This document shows positions 1 through 11,796 of a stretch of 64,000 bases of DNA, piece by piece. The DNA comes from Massalongia carnosa. Its lineage: Eukaryota. The notes under the pieces were generated by a model. It was not told where the DNA came from and did no database searches. It saw only the letters and a list, made by a program, of their open reading frames with translations. The stretch covers positions 2,046,001 through 2,110,000 of the forward strand of contig OZ287076.1 in assembly GCA_965645245.1 (NCBI GenBank). Reading direction: 5' to 3'. The stretch's first letter is position 1; every line of letters starts with the position of its first letter. The translations under genes and the position numbers were made by a program.

Positions 1-2067
1 TACGCATAAGGAATCTATTTTGCTCAGCTTCTTTTGAAGAGTAGGCAACAATCTCGTCACCTCGGTGTTGATGCTCTGATAATCAGGGCGCCTAGACGGT
101 GCATCGGCAGGATTGGTCTTTCCCGAGCGATGCATGATTACGAAATCATAAGCGGCTAATTTCATAGCCCATCGCGCTTGCCGACCACTCAACACCTTAA
201 TAGTCATAAAACCCCTCAAATTGTTGTGGTCTGTCAGGACCTCAACGGGGTGCAGGCTACCCTCCAGGTAATGCCTCCAGTGTTTAAAACACATCACAAT
301 GGCCAGCAACTCTTGATCATGGGTTTCATAGTTGCGCTCGGCCGGTATCATCTTCCGCGAGTAGAAAGCGACGGGATGCCATTGCCCATCCTTCTGCAAC
401 TGGGAGATAATGCCAGAGATTCCGAAATCCGATGCATCGGTCTCTAGGCGAATGAGCAGTTCTGGATCGAAGTGAACCAAGATGGGCGCGCCCTGAAAGG
501 CTTCTTTCAGCTTGCTAAACGCTTCCGCTCCTTCGGCCGTAAGATAAAAAGTACCCCTTTTTATCCCAGCCTGCATGCCTTTCAGCATGTCAGTCAATGG
601 CCTAGTGATTTGAGAATAATGACGTATGAAACGTCGATAGAAATTGGCGAATCCTAGAAAGACCTGAATGTCTCGAAAGGACTGAAGTGCAGGCCAATCC
701 CGCACGGTTTCAACCCGGCGTGGATCCATGGAGATACCATCGCTGCTAATGATAAACCCTAGATATTCCACGGCCGGAGCAAAGAACTCGCACTTTTTAA
801 GATTTGCATAGAGATCGTGTTTCCTTAGACGACGTAACACCTCTTTAACATGCTCCACATGGCTGGTTCTATCTTTGGAAAATACCAATATATCGTCCAG
901 ATAGACTACGCAGAAAACATCCACGATCCCAGATAAAGCTTTATTGATGTAAGCTTGAAAAGTTGCAGGGGCGTTGGCTAATCCAAAAGGCATAACCATA
1001 TACTCGTAGTGTCCGTAACGGGATCGAAATGCCGTCTTCCACTCGTCGCCCTTGCGGATTCGGAGACGATGATAAGCATCTCGCAAATCCATTTTGGTAA
1101 AATAGGAACACACGTTTAACTGATCCAGTATCTGCGTGATAAGAGGGAGCGGATGACGATTCTTTTTGGTCACCTTATTCAATCCTCGATAGTCAACGCA
1201 GAGGCGCAGAGTACCGTCCTTCTTAGGCACAAATAGTATTGGTGCACCTGCAGAACTGGTGGAGTGCCGGATCCAACCCTTCGCCAGGGCGTCGTCAAGA
1301 TATTCCCGAAGAGTCTTAAGCTCCGTATTCGATAAGTTGTATAAAGGACCATAAGGTGGATCACCGCCTTCTAAATCGATAGCGTGGTCACAGTCCTTGT
1401 GCGTAGCTAATTGATTGGCTCTGTCCTTAGAAAAAACATCCTGGAATTCAGCAAATTCCACAGGTATCCCCTGCGTTTCGTTGGTGTTCCGGCTGTTGTT
1501 CTCATCAACAGCGCCAACATTAACAGGTTGTCTTTCGGAAGAAGGTGCAATGGGTTGAGCCACTATAGCATAAAGTGGTGCCCCGGAATCCAGGGTCTTC
1601 GCAAACTGTTTAGGCTTGCACAACTCGAACATATCAGACTGAAAGCCATAACGCCAGCGCTTCGCTCCATAATCGATTACGATACCCAGCTGTTTGAGAC
1701 CAGGGAGACCCAACACCAAGTCAGGGCCCTGTTTGTCAATTGCGTAAAACACGCTGGTAAAGGTGCGCTGTCGTTCCCAAGTATCCTCGAGAGCCATTAC
1801 TACCTCATAAGCTCCATAGCAGTAAACCTCTTTACCATCCATGAATTGAGGAGCAGGTAGTTCGCTTTCAATAGGTCTAAGATCTGAAGCGACGGCGAAT
1901 CCCTGATTAATCACATTAATCTCGGCTGCTCCATCAAGCAACACTGTCGCCGGGTATTTTTGGACTCCCCTCGTTATAGTCCCCTCAGGAATTAGGCTTG
2001 GCTCGCTTTCTACTGATCGTTTCCCTCCATCGGCTGGCGAGCTTTCCGTGGAGGTTTGGCTTTTCCC
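1..2067 (-). CDS. pol: Gypsy pol polyprotein (PR-RT-RNase H), partial, expressed by a probable -1 frameshift; absent from the ORF track
   Basis: Manual translation is open from 2067 to 1: protease VLLDGAAEIN, RT motifs PILFVPKKDGTLRLCVDYRGLN, MPFGLANAPATFQ, VYLDDILVFS, and RNase H motifs LETDASDFG, YETHDQELLAIV, VLTDHNNL, NPADAPSR. Confidence 0.93.
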
Positions 2068-3251
2068 GACTTTGCGACGGCGTTCACACCGTGCTTCGGC
2101 TCCTTGTCGTCTTTAGGAGGGTTGGGACACTTGTTGGCGTAGTGACCCTGTTCTCCGCAGCGATAACATGTCACCTCGTCGGTACTTTCCTTTGTCTCAG
2201 CATGCTTTCTTTTCTGACCCCTTTTACCGTCTTTCGTAGGTTTTGGTTTGTCAGTGTCCTTTATCTCCTCGTTCCTCTTATCTCTATGTGATTTAGTGCG
2301 AGGAGGGTGAGAAACATTTGGACGCTCATGCTTCGACGTCGTTAAGACATCGTTTTCTCTTTTCTGATTGTTTTCCAGCCTACTGGCCAGAGTCACCAGA
2401 GCTTCTCTAGTCCTTGGAATATTCTGATAGTTGCCTATAGCTGCTCTAATAGACGGCCGCAACTTAGTAAACAGATGAGTCGCTCTTTGTTCTTCGGTAT
2501 AGGAGGGCAACTGGTCCTCGAGGCTACTCAAGTGCGCCTCGAAAGCTCTTACCGTTTGCTTCTCTCCTTGCTTGGCTTCGGCAAATAATTGGGCCATATG
2601 CAGACCTCGATTAACTGGGTCCTCGACAATATTTAACAAGAATTTCAAGTACTCTTCGAAGGTATAATTGTGCATTTCACCGTCTGCCTCATATCGATGC
2701 CAAGCTTCCTTAGGCTCCCCTTCCAGCGATTGCATTGCGAAAGCGATCTTGGATTCATCATCTGGGAAGTCCTCTTTTGCCACGCGAAACGCCACTCTGC
2801 AATTCCGCTCATAATCCAGATGTTCCTTGACCGTTTTTCCATGATAGGGACTGACTTTCTCGGGTCTAGCAGCGCGTCTCCTGTAAACAACTACAGGTAC
2901 TGACTGGCTACTCGTCATCTCTACATTGTCGTCAGAACGAGGGTTAATGGCTCCTCTCATTACCGGTTCCTTGGATGATCCGGTAGGGTTTGGAGGTTTC
3001 GAAGGCTTTTGAGTTTGTTCTTGCAGTTGCTCAATACTGGCTTTCAAATTCCTCAGACGTACTTCCTTCTTAAGTTCGCTACGCCTGCGCTCAGCTTGCG
3101 CTATCTGTTCGTCCAACGTCAGGGGTTGAATGGGTTCGACTACTTTTTCCATTGGGGTCAGGGCTCCTCTTCCAGGGCCCTCAGAATCCGAAAGTTCTTC
3201 GATCCGCTCCTCCGGCATCATGGTATCAGAGGCAACTTCTTGCGCGGACAT
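2010..3251 (-). CDS. gag: Gypsy Gag (capsid plus CCHC zinc knuckle)
   Basis: 413-aa ORF with retrotransposon gag-like QGEKQTVRAFEAHL and CYRCGEQGHYANKC, directly upstream of pol. Confidence 0.92.
   Translation of the reverse strand: MSAQEVASDTMMPEERIEELSDSEGPGRGALTPMEKVVEPIQPLTLDEQIAQAERRRSELKKEVRLRNLKASIEQLQEQTQKPSKPPNPTGSSKEPVMRGAINPRSDDNVEMTSSQSVPVVVYRRRAARPEKVSPYHGKTVKEHLDYERNCRVAFRVAKEDFPDDESKIAFAMQSLEGEPKEAWHRYEADGEMHNYTFEEYLKFLLNIVEDPVNRGLHMAQLFAEAKQGEKQTVRAFEAHLSSLEDQLPSYTEEQRATHLFTKLRPSIRAAIGNYQNIPRTREALVTLASRLENNQKRENDVLTTSKHERPNVSHPPRTKSHRDKRNEEIKDTDKPKPTKDGKRGQKRKHAETKESTDEVTCYRCGEQGHYANKCPNPPKDDKEPKHGVNAVAKSGKAKPPRKARQPMEGNDQ
2024..2067 (-). promoter_or_regulatory. -1 programmed ribosomal frameshift signal
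   Basis: Slippery heptamer G GGA AAA in the gag frame (2067-2061), a 6-nt spacer, then a stem CCTCCA-CGG...CCG-A-TGGAGG (2054-2024). The -1 frame is the pol frame. Confidence 0.8.
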
Positions 3252-3382
3252 GGCGGGACGATAGTGTATAGAAGGTGTATAAATGTGTCAACGGATCGTC
3301 ACTCCTTGAAGGATAGAACGATTAGAATTGTAAGAGTCAGACCTGGCGATTATCAGACACCAGGCCTAGGGATATGTGACAA

Positions 3383-3820
3383 TGTGAAGACACTAATGAT
3401 TTGCTATACTAATATACTAAAAGAAGTATGTAGGTAAAGCGGAAGACTAATCGTTGAAGATTGCATCTCCCTCGAGCAGCCTCCTTATATACCCGGACCG
3501 AAGCCCTTGACCCTCTGGGCCCTTGATACTGTAACTATCTTGACCGCCCATTACTCCTACCGGATAAGCCGGCTAAACACTCTGCTGACTGCATCGTGGA
3601 CACTGTGCTGACTGTATCGTGGACACTGTGCTGACTGTATCGTACCATCCGCTCACTAATCGTACGAGCATCCTCGTATATCTCGATCGCTCGTACTATA
3701 CTCTCGGCAGTAGATACCAGCCGCGTAACGCAGACCAACTGCTTTCCATATGACTAAGCCTAGCCGTAGAACTAAGCCCCGCTTAGTTAGCTTAGCCCTT
3801 ATTCCTTCTATGCCCTGACA
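3383..3820 (-). repeat. Probable 5' LTR of the Gypsy element
   Basis: Minus strand runs TGTCAGGG...TCTTCACA with a TATA-like TATATAAG and lies just upstream of gag. The partner LTR is outside the window. Confidence 0.65.
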
Positions 3821-4015
3821 ATTAGTAAGGCTACCGAAACGTCTTAGGGTCTATAGCGGCTAGCGAAATGGGCCAAAGACAAGAGTCACTCAGTATGCTA
3901 AAATGTTAGCCTAACGGACAAGGTAAGGCAACTGGTGACTGCTTAACCGGAATAGGCTTAGGGTAGATTAGCCAGTGGGTGTTCATAAACACCCACGATA
4001 GACAATAATCGAAAT

Positions 4016-4092
4016 TATCCCTTCCAAATATTCGTATCATGCACCAAGGTGATCAATTCTCCCTCCAATAGCATCGGTTGCCCGTTTTAACG
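4016..4092. repeat. Nested LTR remnants: Copia-C-related LTR end (4016-4070) abutting a Copia-A LTR end (4071-4092)
   Basis: 4016-4070 is the reverse complement of the LTR C terminus at 39101-39157. 4071-4092 (gcatcggttgcccgttttaacg) is the reverse complement of the LTR A start. Confidence 0.75.
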
Positions 4093-4329
4093 TGAACATT
4101 AAAACATTAAACGATAAGTCCATCGGTAATGAGCTTCAAGACTAAGGGAGATAATGAGTGCTGTATGATCTGTAATATTCCTTCATCAAAGGGTCTCCAA
4201 CCCTCCGCGCTTCCTCTTATATAAAGACTCTCTTTCTGCACTATTGAGAGGAAATGTCGACATTAAGTTACGGTAGAAAGAGCACTTCAGTCATATGAGA
4301 CAAATGAGAATATGAGTAGCCCGATTATA

Positions 4330-4741
4330 TGAAAGAAAGCTGAACCAGTTGTAAACCAAGACTACTTCGAAGAAGTGGCCCCTGTTTCTTCCAGTAATAT
4401 TTTGATCTCAGAATGTCCATATTTAGCAGCATACTGCCATGCAGAGCCAAATACCCCCATGAAGCATTGACATCAGCTCCATTGTTTAACAACAAGACTA
4501 TTTCCCTGTAATCAAATCGTGAGGCAATTTGCAAAGCAGAGCCATATAACCCCCCGGAGCATTGACGTCAGCTCCATTGTTTAATAACAACAAGACAATC
4601 GGTTTATTCCCCTTATATGAGGCAATTTGCAATGCAGAGCCATAGAACCCCCCCGGAGCATTGACGTCAGCTCCATTGTTTAATAACAAGACAATCGGTT
4701 TATTCCCCTTATATGAGGCAATTTGCAAAGGAGAGCCATAG
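4330..4741 (-). pseudogene. Ankyrin-repeat gene relic, fungal NLR (NACHT-ANK)-type C-terminus
   Basis: Near-identical 96-99-bp repeats encode GADVNAPGGFYGSALQIASYKGNKPIVLLLLNN. The reading is frameshifted and 5'-truncated at about 4741. Confidence 0.75.
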
Positions 4742-4794
4742 AGTAAAGGGCAACGTAAACCCCAGGTATCTCGAAGAGTCTTTCCATCCATTTT

Positions 4795-4983
4795 CTAAGG
4801 AGCATTGTCTTTGCGCATCACATAAAAAACCCCAGATTTCTTATGAGCCACAGACTTTGATAAACCAATCAGGCTTCGCACTTTTTCCTCCCTACATAGC
4901 TTTCGAAAAGCAATACCAGGGCGAACCATGACATTGTGAACATAGTCTTTCGATTTCCAGACTCCTTCTTGAGCTAAAAATTG
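4795..4983 (-). pseudogene. C-terminal piece of the CMC/EnSpm-like transposase relic, separated by Copia A
   Basis: Removing Copia A and one aattg TSD joins ...ATIQGLQF (17206+) in frame to LAQEGVWKSKDY... here. Confidence 0.6.
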
Positions 4984-5304
4984 TGTTAAAATGGCAACCG
5001 ATGCCAATTACCGAAACCAGCTAACAAAGCAATTTACATCTACCTCGTCAAGGGAAGGCTTGTGGCGGTGGCAAATTTGTGTGAAGTCAGAAATCGCATC
5101 GGAAGCGGGAACCGATGAGATGGAAATGGAAGCTTCTGGAATCGCTGGTGGACGGGCATAAATAGGGCAGTTATACCCTACGTAGTGGTAGAAAGTCAAT
5201 CGTTTCTCCCAATTTATTTTGCATGTGCAAGAACTCGTTTGTCGAACTAGTCATATCAATTGCCCAGTGCTACCATTCCGCCTGTTGCAGTCACAGTTCC
5301 AACA
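4984..5304 (+). repeat. Copia A 5' LTR
   Basis: Direct repeat of 16885-17205 with about 9 substitutions and 2 single-base indels by eye. Confidence 0.95.
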
Positions 5305-5331
5305 GGTTATGAGCCCGGTCAGCTAGACTGA

Positions 5332-5979
5332 GTGATTGATTTGTTTCACCAAACCCCCCACCCCAGAAACGATTCCGATGGAGTCCACCCCAGAGAGCAC
5401 CACTCGGGCCGTGAAAGTCGGGCGACCGAGTCGCCGTTCGCTACCATCGAAAGGGAGGGCGGCAGGTCGATGTCGCCCGGTGGTGTCAGAAATAGGCAAC
5501 CACCTCAGGTGTTGGATAACACCTACCTGAAGAGTCTCTTGAAGGGAGACATAAAAGTTACCAAGCTGAACAGGGACAACTATCAATCTTGGGCCAGGAA
5601 CATGAGAATATCCCTCGACGCCAAGCTGCTATGGGACCTGGTGAAGGGGACCATACCAGAACCTGATGTAAGGATCAGACCGAACGACCACCGGGCATGG
5701 TGGATCGACAACAACCACGCTAAGATGTGGATCAACAACAACTTGGAAGATGATCAAAAGACACACTGCAGTGAGGAGGAGAGATACGCCCACAATATCT
5801 GGATGACGTTATATAAAGTACACGGGGTGGATAGTCAGGGTCGAATGATGATGCTGAAAAGAAAATTTTACACGTACAAGGCTAGAACGGATGAAACAAT
5901 TGACGAAATAGCTAGCGAACTAACCTGGATCCGGTTACTTATTCGGAACATCCGATCATCCGAGGCACCCAGTGATTTT
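5332..5979 (+). pseudogene. gag: Copia A gag N-terminal part, cut by the LINE
   Basis: KLNRDNYQSWARNMRISLDAKLLWDLV is a Copia gag N-terminal motif. The reading resumes after the LINE TSD at 12727. Confidence 0.85.
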
Positions 5980-6212
5980 TATTTTATTTTATTTATTCAT
6001 TAAGTGTATTCAACCTAAGGTTATGACACTAAACTATTTTAAGATATGGTTTTATTTTACAAATAAATCAACCCTTTATAACCCAACTATCTATCGTCAA
6101 TATTGCCCCGTTTTTACTCCTTGTTAGTAACAACCTTTAGTAATCGAAATATCGATTTTACAATTTGTTTTTGTAAAGCTCGTAAATATTCCAGCATAAA
6201 TCATTTCTAATT

Positions 6213-9200
6213 TTACTGTTCGATCTCTCCCCAACCTCCCGTTTCGATATTTTCGTCATCGAGCTGACCTAGCATCCATTTTCTAGTCGCGATTTTGTTA
6301 TCAACAATAAATTTAATCAAAATATTATTTCCGATCCTAGTATTAAACAACATTTTTAAAGTAATTGTGGTATCGATATTTTGATTCATGTTTAGGATTT
6401 CATTTGAATAATGTATGCAATTCATCAATAAGTGTTCTGGCGTTTTACGTTCGTTGCAGCGCCCTGTGCATTTTGACGAATTATAATCTTTCAATCGGTG
6501 CAGATATGATCGAAAATAACCCTGTCCGAATTTCATTTGCATAATAGTCGCAAATATTAATTTCGAACAATTATTCGACAGATAATAAAAACTCGATTTG
6601 CCCGGCTGCATTTCGAATTTCTCATAGTATTTGCCTTTTGACTTGCATTGTTGCCATTGATTCGCCCATGTGGCTAACATATTTCGATTTATTTGACCCT
6701 TTACATAATCAAATGTTATTATCGAGGACTCGACTAGGATTCGACTATGTCCCGCTTTTGCTGCTTTATCTGCAATTTCATTTTCGACGATTTTCGAATG
6801 ACTAGGAATCCATTGTAGAACCACCTGATAATTGTTTCCGAATAAGCATTTCGAGAATTTTCGAATTTGTTTTGCGTAAGTATGATTTGTCAAGTTCTGA
6901 ATTTCGTTTATCGCGTTTATGCTATCGGAAAAAATCCAAATCGTTTTTTCCAAATTGAAGAGAATATTCGCAATTGTCAATTTGTATGCCCATTTTATTG
7001 CTTGTAGTATCGCATAGAGTTCAGCGTTTTTAACGCTTGACTGTTTGTTTAATTTCCAGCTTTTCGAAATCGTATGATGTTTGAGGAGACAATCTTTTTC
7101 GATAAAACGATTGAAGTTATCGGTGAAATTGTTCCAATTTCGCATAATTGGTGCAAATGTGACAGCGGAAGTTGAAAACTCGGTTTTTGATCCATCGGTA
7201 TAGAGTAAGATTCGCGATTTATCGGCGTTTATTGATTGGATTTTTGATAAAGTCGAATAATAACTTGACTTTGCTGTTTCTTTGGATCTTTCGATTTGGA
7301 ACTTGATTTTACAAGACGGCTTCCATGGTTTGATGAAATTATTTACTGATTCGAATTCATCAGTTTTGTGAACTATATCCGAAACGGAATGAAGAATACG
7401 GATAAGCTGACTAGGATGAGGTTTACTCGATTTTTTCTCGTCTTCGTTCCATTCAGCATATCTGTTGTTCCATAAACTAGTGTCAAAACCGATGTTTTCG
7501 AATTTCACAGAATAGGTACTGGGAATTCTTTGACAAATAGGATTATTTTCGGCAATCTTCAATAATCGAATTGCGTATTTTTGATTTTTCATCAACAATC
7601 GTAGCTTGGCTGGTAAAATATGCGATTCAATTTCCATCGCCTGAACAGGCGTGGTTTTGAATGTGCCTAAAATCTTTCGAATCATTCGATTTTGCAGATT
7701 CTGAAATAGCTTTTCATATTTCTTTTGACCGTTATACCAGATTTCTGAGCCATAGTCCGAAATAGGAATAATACATGACAGATAGAGCTGTCTGCATGCA
7801 GTTGGCTTTAGTCCCCATTCAGACTTCATCAAATTTTGAATTGCGAAAAACGATCGATTTGCAGAAGCAATTCGCGTTTCGACGTGTTTTTTGTAATTTA
7901 GTTTTCGGTCTAACCAGACTCCTAACCATTTGACAGAATTTTTTGGTTCTAGTATTGTCCCGTTTGGTAATTGCACTTTGTCTTTTGATGCATTTCTTGA
8001 CTTTTCGAAGTGAATCAACTCAGATTTGTCGTCATCAAATTTGACATTATTCGTTGCGGCCCAATCAAAAGCTGTTTTGACGATAATTTCGATTTCTTTG
8101 CAATTCTGTGTGGCAGTTTTATTTTCGACATATATTGCAACATCGTCTATAAAGCTAGGTAAATGAGCATTGAATTTCATTCGTATTTTCGGAAATAAGT
8201 AACGAATATAAATCAGAAATAGAATTGGCGAAATAGGTGAACCTTGTGGAATTCCAGATTCGATATAGTACGTTTTGCTTTTGTGTTCATCGAATATCAA
8301 ATTGATCGATCGTTTTGTCATAAAATGCTTGACCCATTGAATAACTATGCGAGATAAATGCAGCTTTTTCATAACATTTAGCAATTGATTAATCGAAACA
8401 AAGTCAAATGCTCCTTTGACATCGAGTAATAGACATGATAAAACGTTTTTGTTTCGGTTTGCGATTTCGATATCATGAACGACGTTCATTACCGCATCGA
8501 TTGCAGAATGATTTTTCCGTCCGCCCATTTGTTCGGTATCTAACAATCTCGAATTTTCGCCGAGGTAGGCTAGTCGATTAGCAACTATTTTCTCCGCAAT
8601 TTTACCAAGACAATTCAGTAAGGTAATAATTCGATATGATTTTGGAAGCGAGTAGTCTGGTTTATTAGGTTTTTTTAAAACAGCACCGAGTCCTGTTCGC
8701 CAACATAACGGGTGATAACCGATTTGTATAAACTTAGAATAAATAGTAAAAAACACGTTTTTCAATGGTTGAAACGATTTTTGAATTATTGTGAAATTGA
8801 TTGCATCAGGTCCACATGATTTCTTTGGATTAAACAAACTAATCGCATTTTGCAATTCATTTTCGGTTAAATTCGGCCAATTGTTGTCATTTTCGCTGTC
8901 TTGATTCGTTAAATCTTCAATATTATCATCCGTGAACGGGTTTTTTGTGTACATTGCTGACACAAACGCATCGCATTTTTGATCGAATTGAACATTCAAC
9001 TTATTTTCATATTGAATAGGTGGTATTTTTTCGAACATGCGCGGTTTAGTGTATTTATAAGCTGTAAATACGTCTTTATTCGCTGCGTTTTCAGGAAAGC
9101 CAACCAAGTTTGCTGTTTCGCTTTTCGAATTGCATGAAAGTACTCGATTCGACTATGTCTAAATGTTTGATGACTAAAATAGGACGGATTATTCTTCCAT

Positions 9201-10225
9201 TCTCGAGGATGTCTACACATGATTTTTCGAAGTCCGGATAAATCTTGCGACCACCAATTTTTCGATTTTGCGCATATTTTTGTCTTCGGAATAAAGATTT
9301 CAGCCGCGTTTTTGATAACGTTTTGCAAATATAACGCTGATTCATCAAATTGATAATTGTTCAATATACTTTGTATTTGGGACTCGTAGTTTACTGCATT
9401 TTCGTCTAGAAACTTCGCGAATTTATCCCAATCGGCTTTATTGCAGTTGTATTTATTCGATAATGCGGTTGCGTGTGACGTCAAGTTCTTGAAAGACGCG
9501 ATAAGTTCAAATCGAATAACTTCATGATCTGAACCCGTGACTGCTTTTTCATCGATTGACCAATTTGTAATTGCGTTTTCGATTTTAGAATTTGCAAATA
9601 TTAAATCAATAATAGATGAAGAGTTTCCTGAATGAGCAAAAAATGTATATAGAACAGGCGTATTTATCAAACTACATTTGTTTAATTTTAACCATTTGAC
9701 TAGATTTTCTGATCGAATTGCATTTTGAATCTTCGAATTCCACCAGCTATGATGTGCATTGAAATCTCCACATATGACAAATTGATCAGTTGATATAGGT
9801 TGATATTTAACTAAAAGTCGATCGATTGTATATGTTTCTCGATCGTTTAGACTTTTTTCATTGTAAAGGTTAAAGATCTGCACTTTTCGAACTTCATCAA
9901 TTGTAATTTCGATAATTTGCAGATCAGTATCGTTTATAAGATCCGTTCTAGGCGTGCATTGTAATTTTGGATTGCATTTTGTAACGAATGTAGCTACTCT
10001 CGGCCGATAAGTCGCTATTTTCGGCATAATACATGTGAATGACGGATGGGAAATTGTTTTTTGATCTCGCGTCCATGGTTCCTGAAATAAAACAATATCA
10101 ACACGATTTAATACTGCATATTCCAGACACGAAATCATTGCATTCGTTGACTTTGCACAATTATGTTGAATAAATTTGACATTTTGTGTATTTTCGATAT
10201 TTGTCAACGAATGTTGTCCCGCCAT
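6213..10225 (-). pseudogene. LINE ORF2 (APE endonuclease-RT-RNase H) with a single frameshift near 9090
   Basis: Endonuclease motifs FQEP, GDFNAHH, IIDL, GSDH. RT motifs YRIITLLNCLGK, LDVKGAFD, GIPQGSPISP, FIDD. RNase H motifs YTDGSK, AELYAI, FSDS, WIPSH. ORFs 8996-10225 and 6213-9107 join with a 1-nt shift. Confidence 0.92.
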
Positions 10226-11796
10226 TAACCAAGCATTAATTCATCATTCGATTTTCTAGGATTTAGCGAGATAAACATTTCGCAACCTATATCGTTCGAT
10301 TGATGATTTTTGTTGCAATTGACGCATTTCAGAATTGCGATTTTAAACTTGCATGTTGTGCATTTATGATTATGCGTTTCATGACTTTGTGCGCATATAT
10401 TGCATTTTGCCGGACTTTTGCATTGATAATGCTTATGTCCAAATTTCTGACAATTAATACATTGCGTGTTTGGACGAACGGAAGCAAATATTTCCGTGTC
10501 ACAATGTCTACCCGCGATATTCACGCCTCTTAACGCGTTTGACGCTTGATTTTGATTATTGAAAGTCAAAACTACCGACGACGTGACTTTGTTTTGACGA
10601 TCCCGAGCAAGCCATCTTGGTAAATCGCATAGTTGCATATTCGAATTGTATTTTTCGATTTCGGTTTGCAAATATTGCATGTTATTATCGAATAACGAGA
10701 TATTTACTCCGTGTGCTATGACTTTAAACCAGGATTCGTCTTTTCGAATTCTTTGTGATTCGAAAATGTGTTCCCATGAAGATTTATTTTTCAACAATTC
10801 TTCGGCATTGTTGTCAGGGCTAGTGGTGAGAACGATATTCTGACCGGTTTTGGACTTTTCAACAGTATTGACGATGATGTTTAAATTTGCGGTTTTTAAT
10901 AGCGCGTTAATTTGATCACGCAACTTCATAGAGTCGATTTGAGCGTCAGGATTTTTCGGTGAAATCACGAGTCGTCTGGCCTTGATTGCATCAAATCGAT
11001 CGACTTTGTTCGAATTATGATTCGAACTTTTCCTTTGAATAGTAGTCCAATTTTCGGAGTTTTCGGTTGCTTTTCTAAGCATTTGACTCCATGTACCGGT
11101 TGTGCTAACATTGTTACCAGAGACCCCGGTAGCTCCTTTGCGAATGGTCTGATTTTCGATAATTGAATTTTCGTTCAATTTAACAACAGGTTTTTGGATT
11201 TGTGGACCATTCTGTAGTGGAGTCGTTTGTTGTTGTGACGTTTTTGAGGAAAGATGACTAGTTTGATCAAGTACTATGCCCATTTTATAGTTAATCATAT
11301 CTAAGGATGTTTGTAAATTGATTGATTTTTTCGAAATCAACGAATTAACGTTGTCAATTACGATAGCCGTTTGTGGATTTTGGTCCAGTACAAATGATTG
11401 CAATAATGCTTTTTTAGCCGACTTTAGAAGCTCAATTGAATTTGCCCGATTGATCGCTTCTTGGCTATCTCTCGAATGTTCGTCAAATGTGCGTCTTTTA
11501 TTTCGTTTGATTGGTGGGCTTGATCCAATGTTTAAGTTCAATGAAGGCATCGGCAAGATAGTGGAAAATGGACCCGATGGGAATTTCGTTGCCTTTGGTG
11601 TCGGTGTTGACGGGGCTGATGCATATTCGCGAGTTTGATCCATAGGTTCAAGACGGGGAGAGCTCCCTATCAACGCCACCGGAGATGGTCCGGGGGAGTG
11701 TCGGGGGGGGGCCGGGTAAGTGGTCGATAGGGGGGCGGGACCGGCTGGGGGTGGTGTCCTTGGTATATTCCGGCGGTTCATTACCGCGTTAAACAT
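10225..11796 (-). CDS. LINE ORF1 (Gag-like nucleic-acid-binding protein)
   Basis: 523 aa with C-terminal CINCQKFGHKHYQC, CNICAQSH and CVNCNKNH knuckles. Its stop overlaps the ORF2 start as TAATG. Confidence 0.92.
   Translation of the reverse strand: MFNAVMNRRNIPRTPPPAGPAPLSTTYPAPPRHSPGPSPVALIGSSPRLEPMDQTREYASAPSTPTPKATKFPSGPFSTILPMPSLNLNIGSSPPIKRNKRRTFDEHSRDSQEAINRANSIELLKSAKKALLQSFVLDQNPQTAIVIDNVNSLISKKSINLQTSLDMINYKMGIVLDQTSHLSSKTSQQQTTPLQNGPQIQKPVVKLNENSIIENQTIRKGATGVSGNNVSTTGTWSQMLRKATENSENWTTIQRKSSNHNSNKVDRFDAIKARRLVISPKNPDAQIDSMKLRDQINALLKTANLNIIVNTVEKSKTGQNIVLTTSPDNNAEELLKNKSSWEHIFESQRIRKDESWFKVIAHGVNISLFDNNMQYLQTEIEKYNSNMQLCDLPRWLARDRQNKVTSSVVLTFNNQNQASNALRGVNIAGRHCDTEIFASVRPNTQCINCQKFGHKHYQCKSPAKCNICAQSHETHNHKCTTCKFKIAILKCVNCNKNHQSNDIGCEMFISLNPRKSNDELMLG

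Larger units (their letters stand above)
1..3820 (-). mobile_element. Ty3/Gypsy LTR retrotransposon, 5' part (continues past the window start)
   Basis: Minus-strand order is LTR (3383-3820), gag with a CCHC knuckle, then protease-RT-RNase H, which is the Gypsy domain order. No stop codon seen in gag or pol within the window. Confidence 0.95.

Noticed and set aside
178..1860. Plus-strand ORFs 178-447, 472-657 and 1411-1860
   Set aside because: They are antisense shadows of the open Gypsy pol frame.
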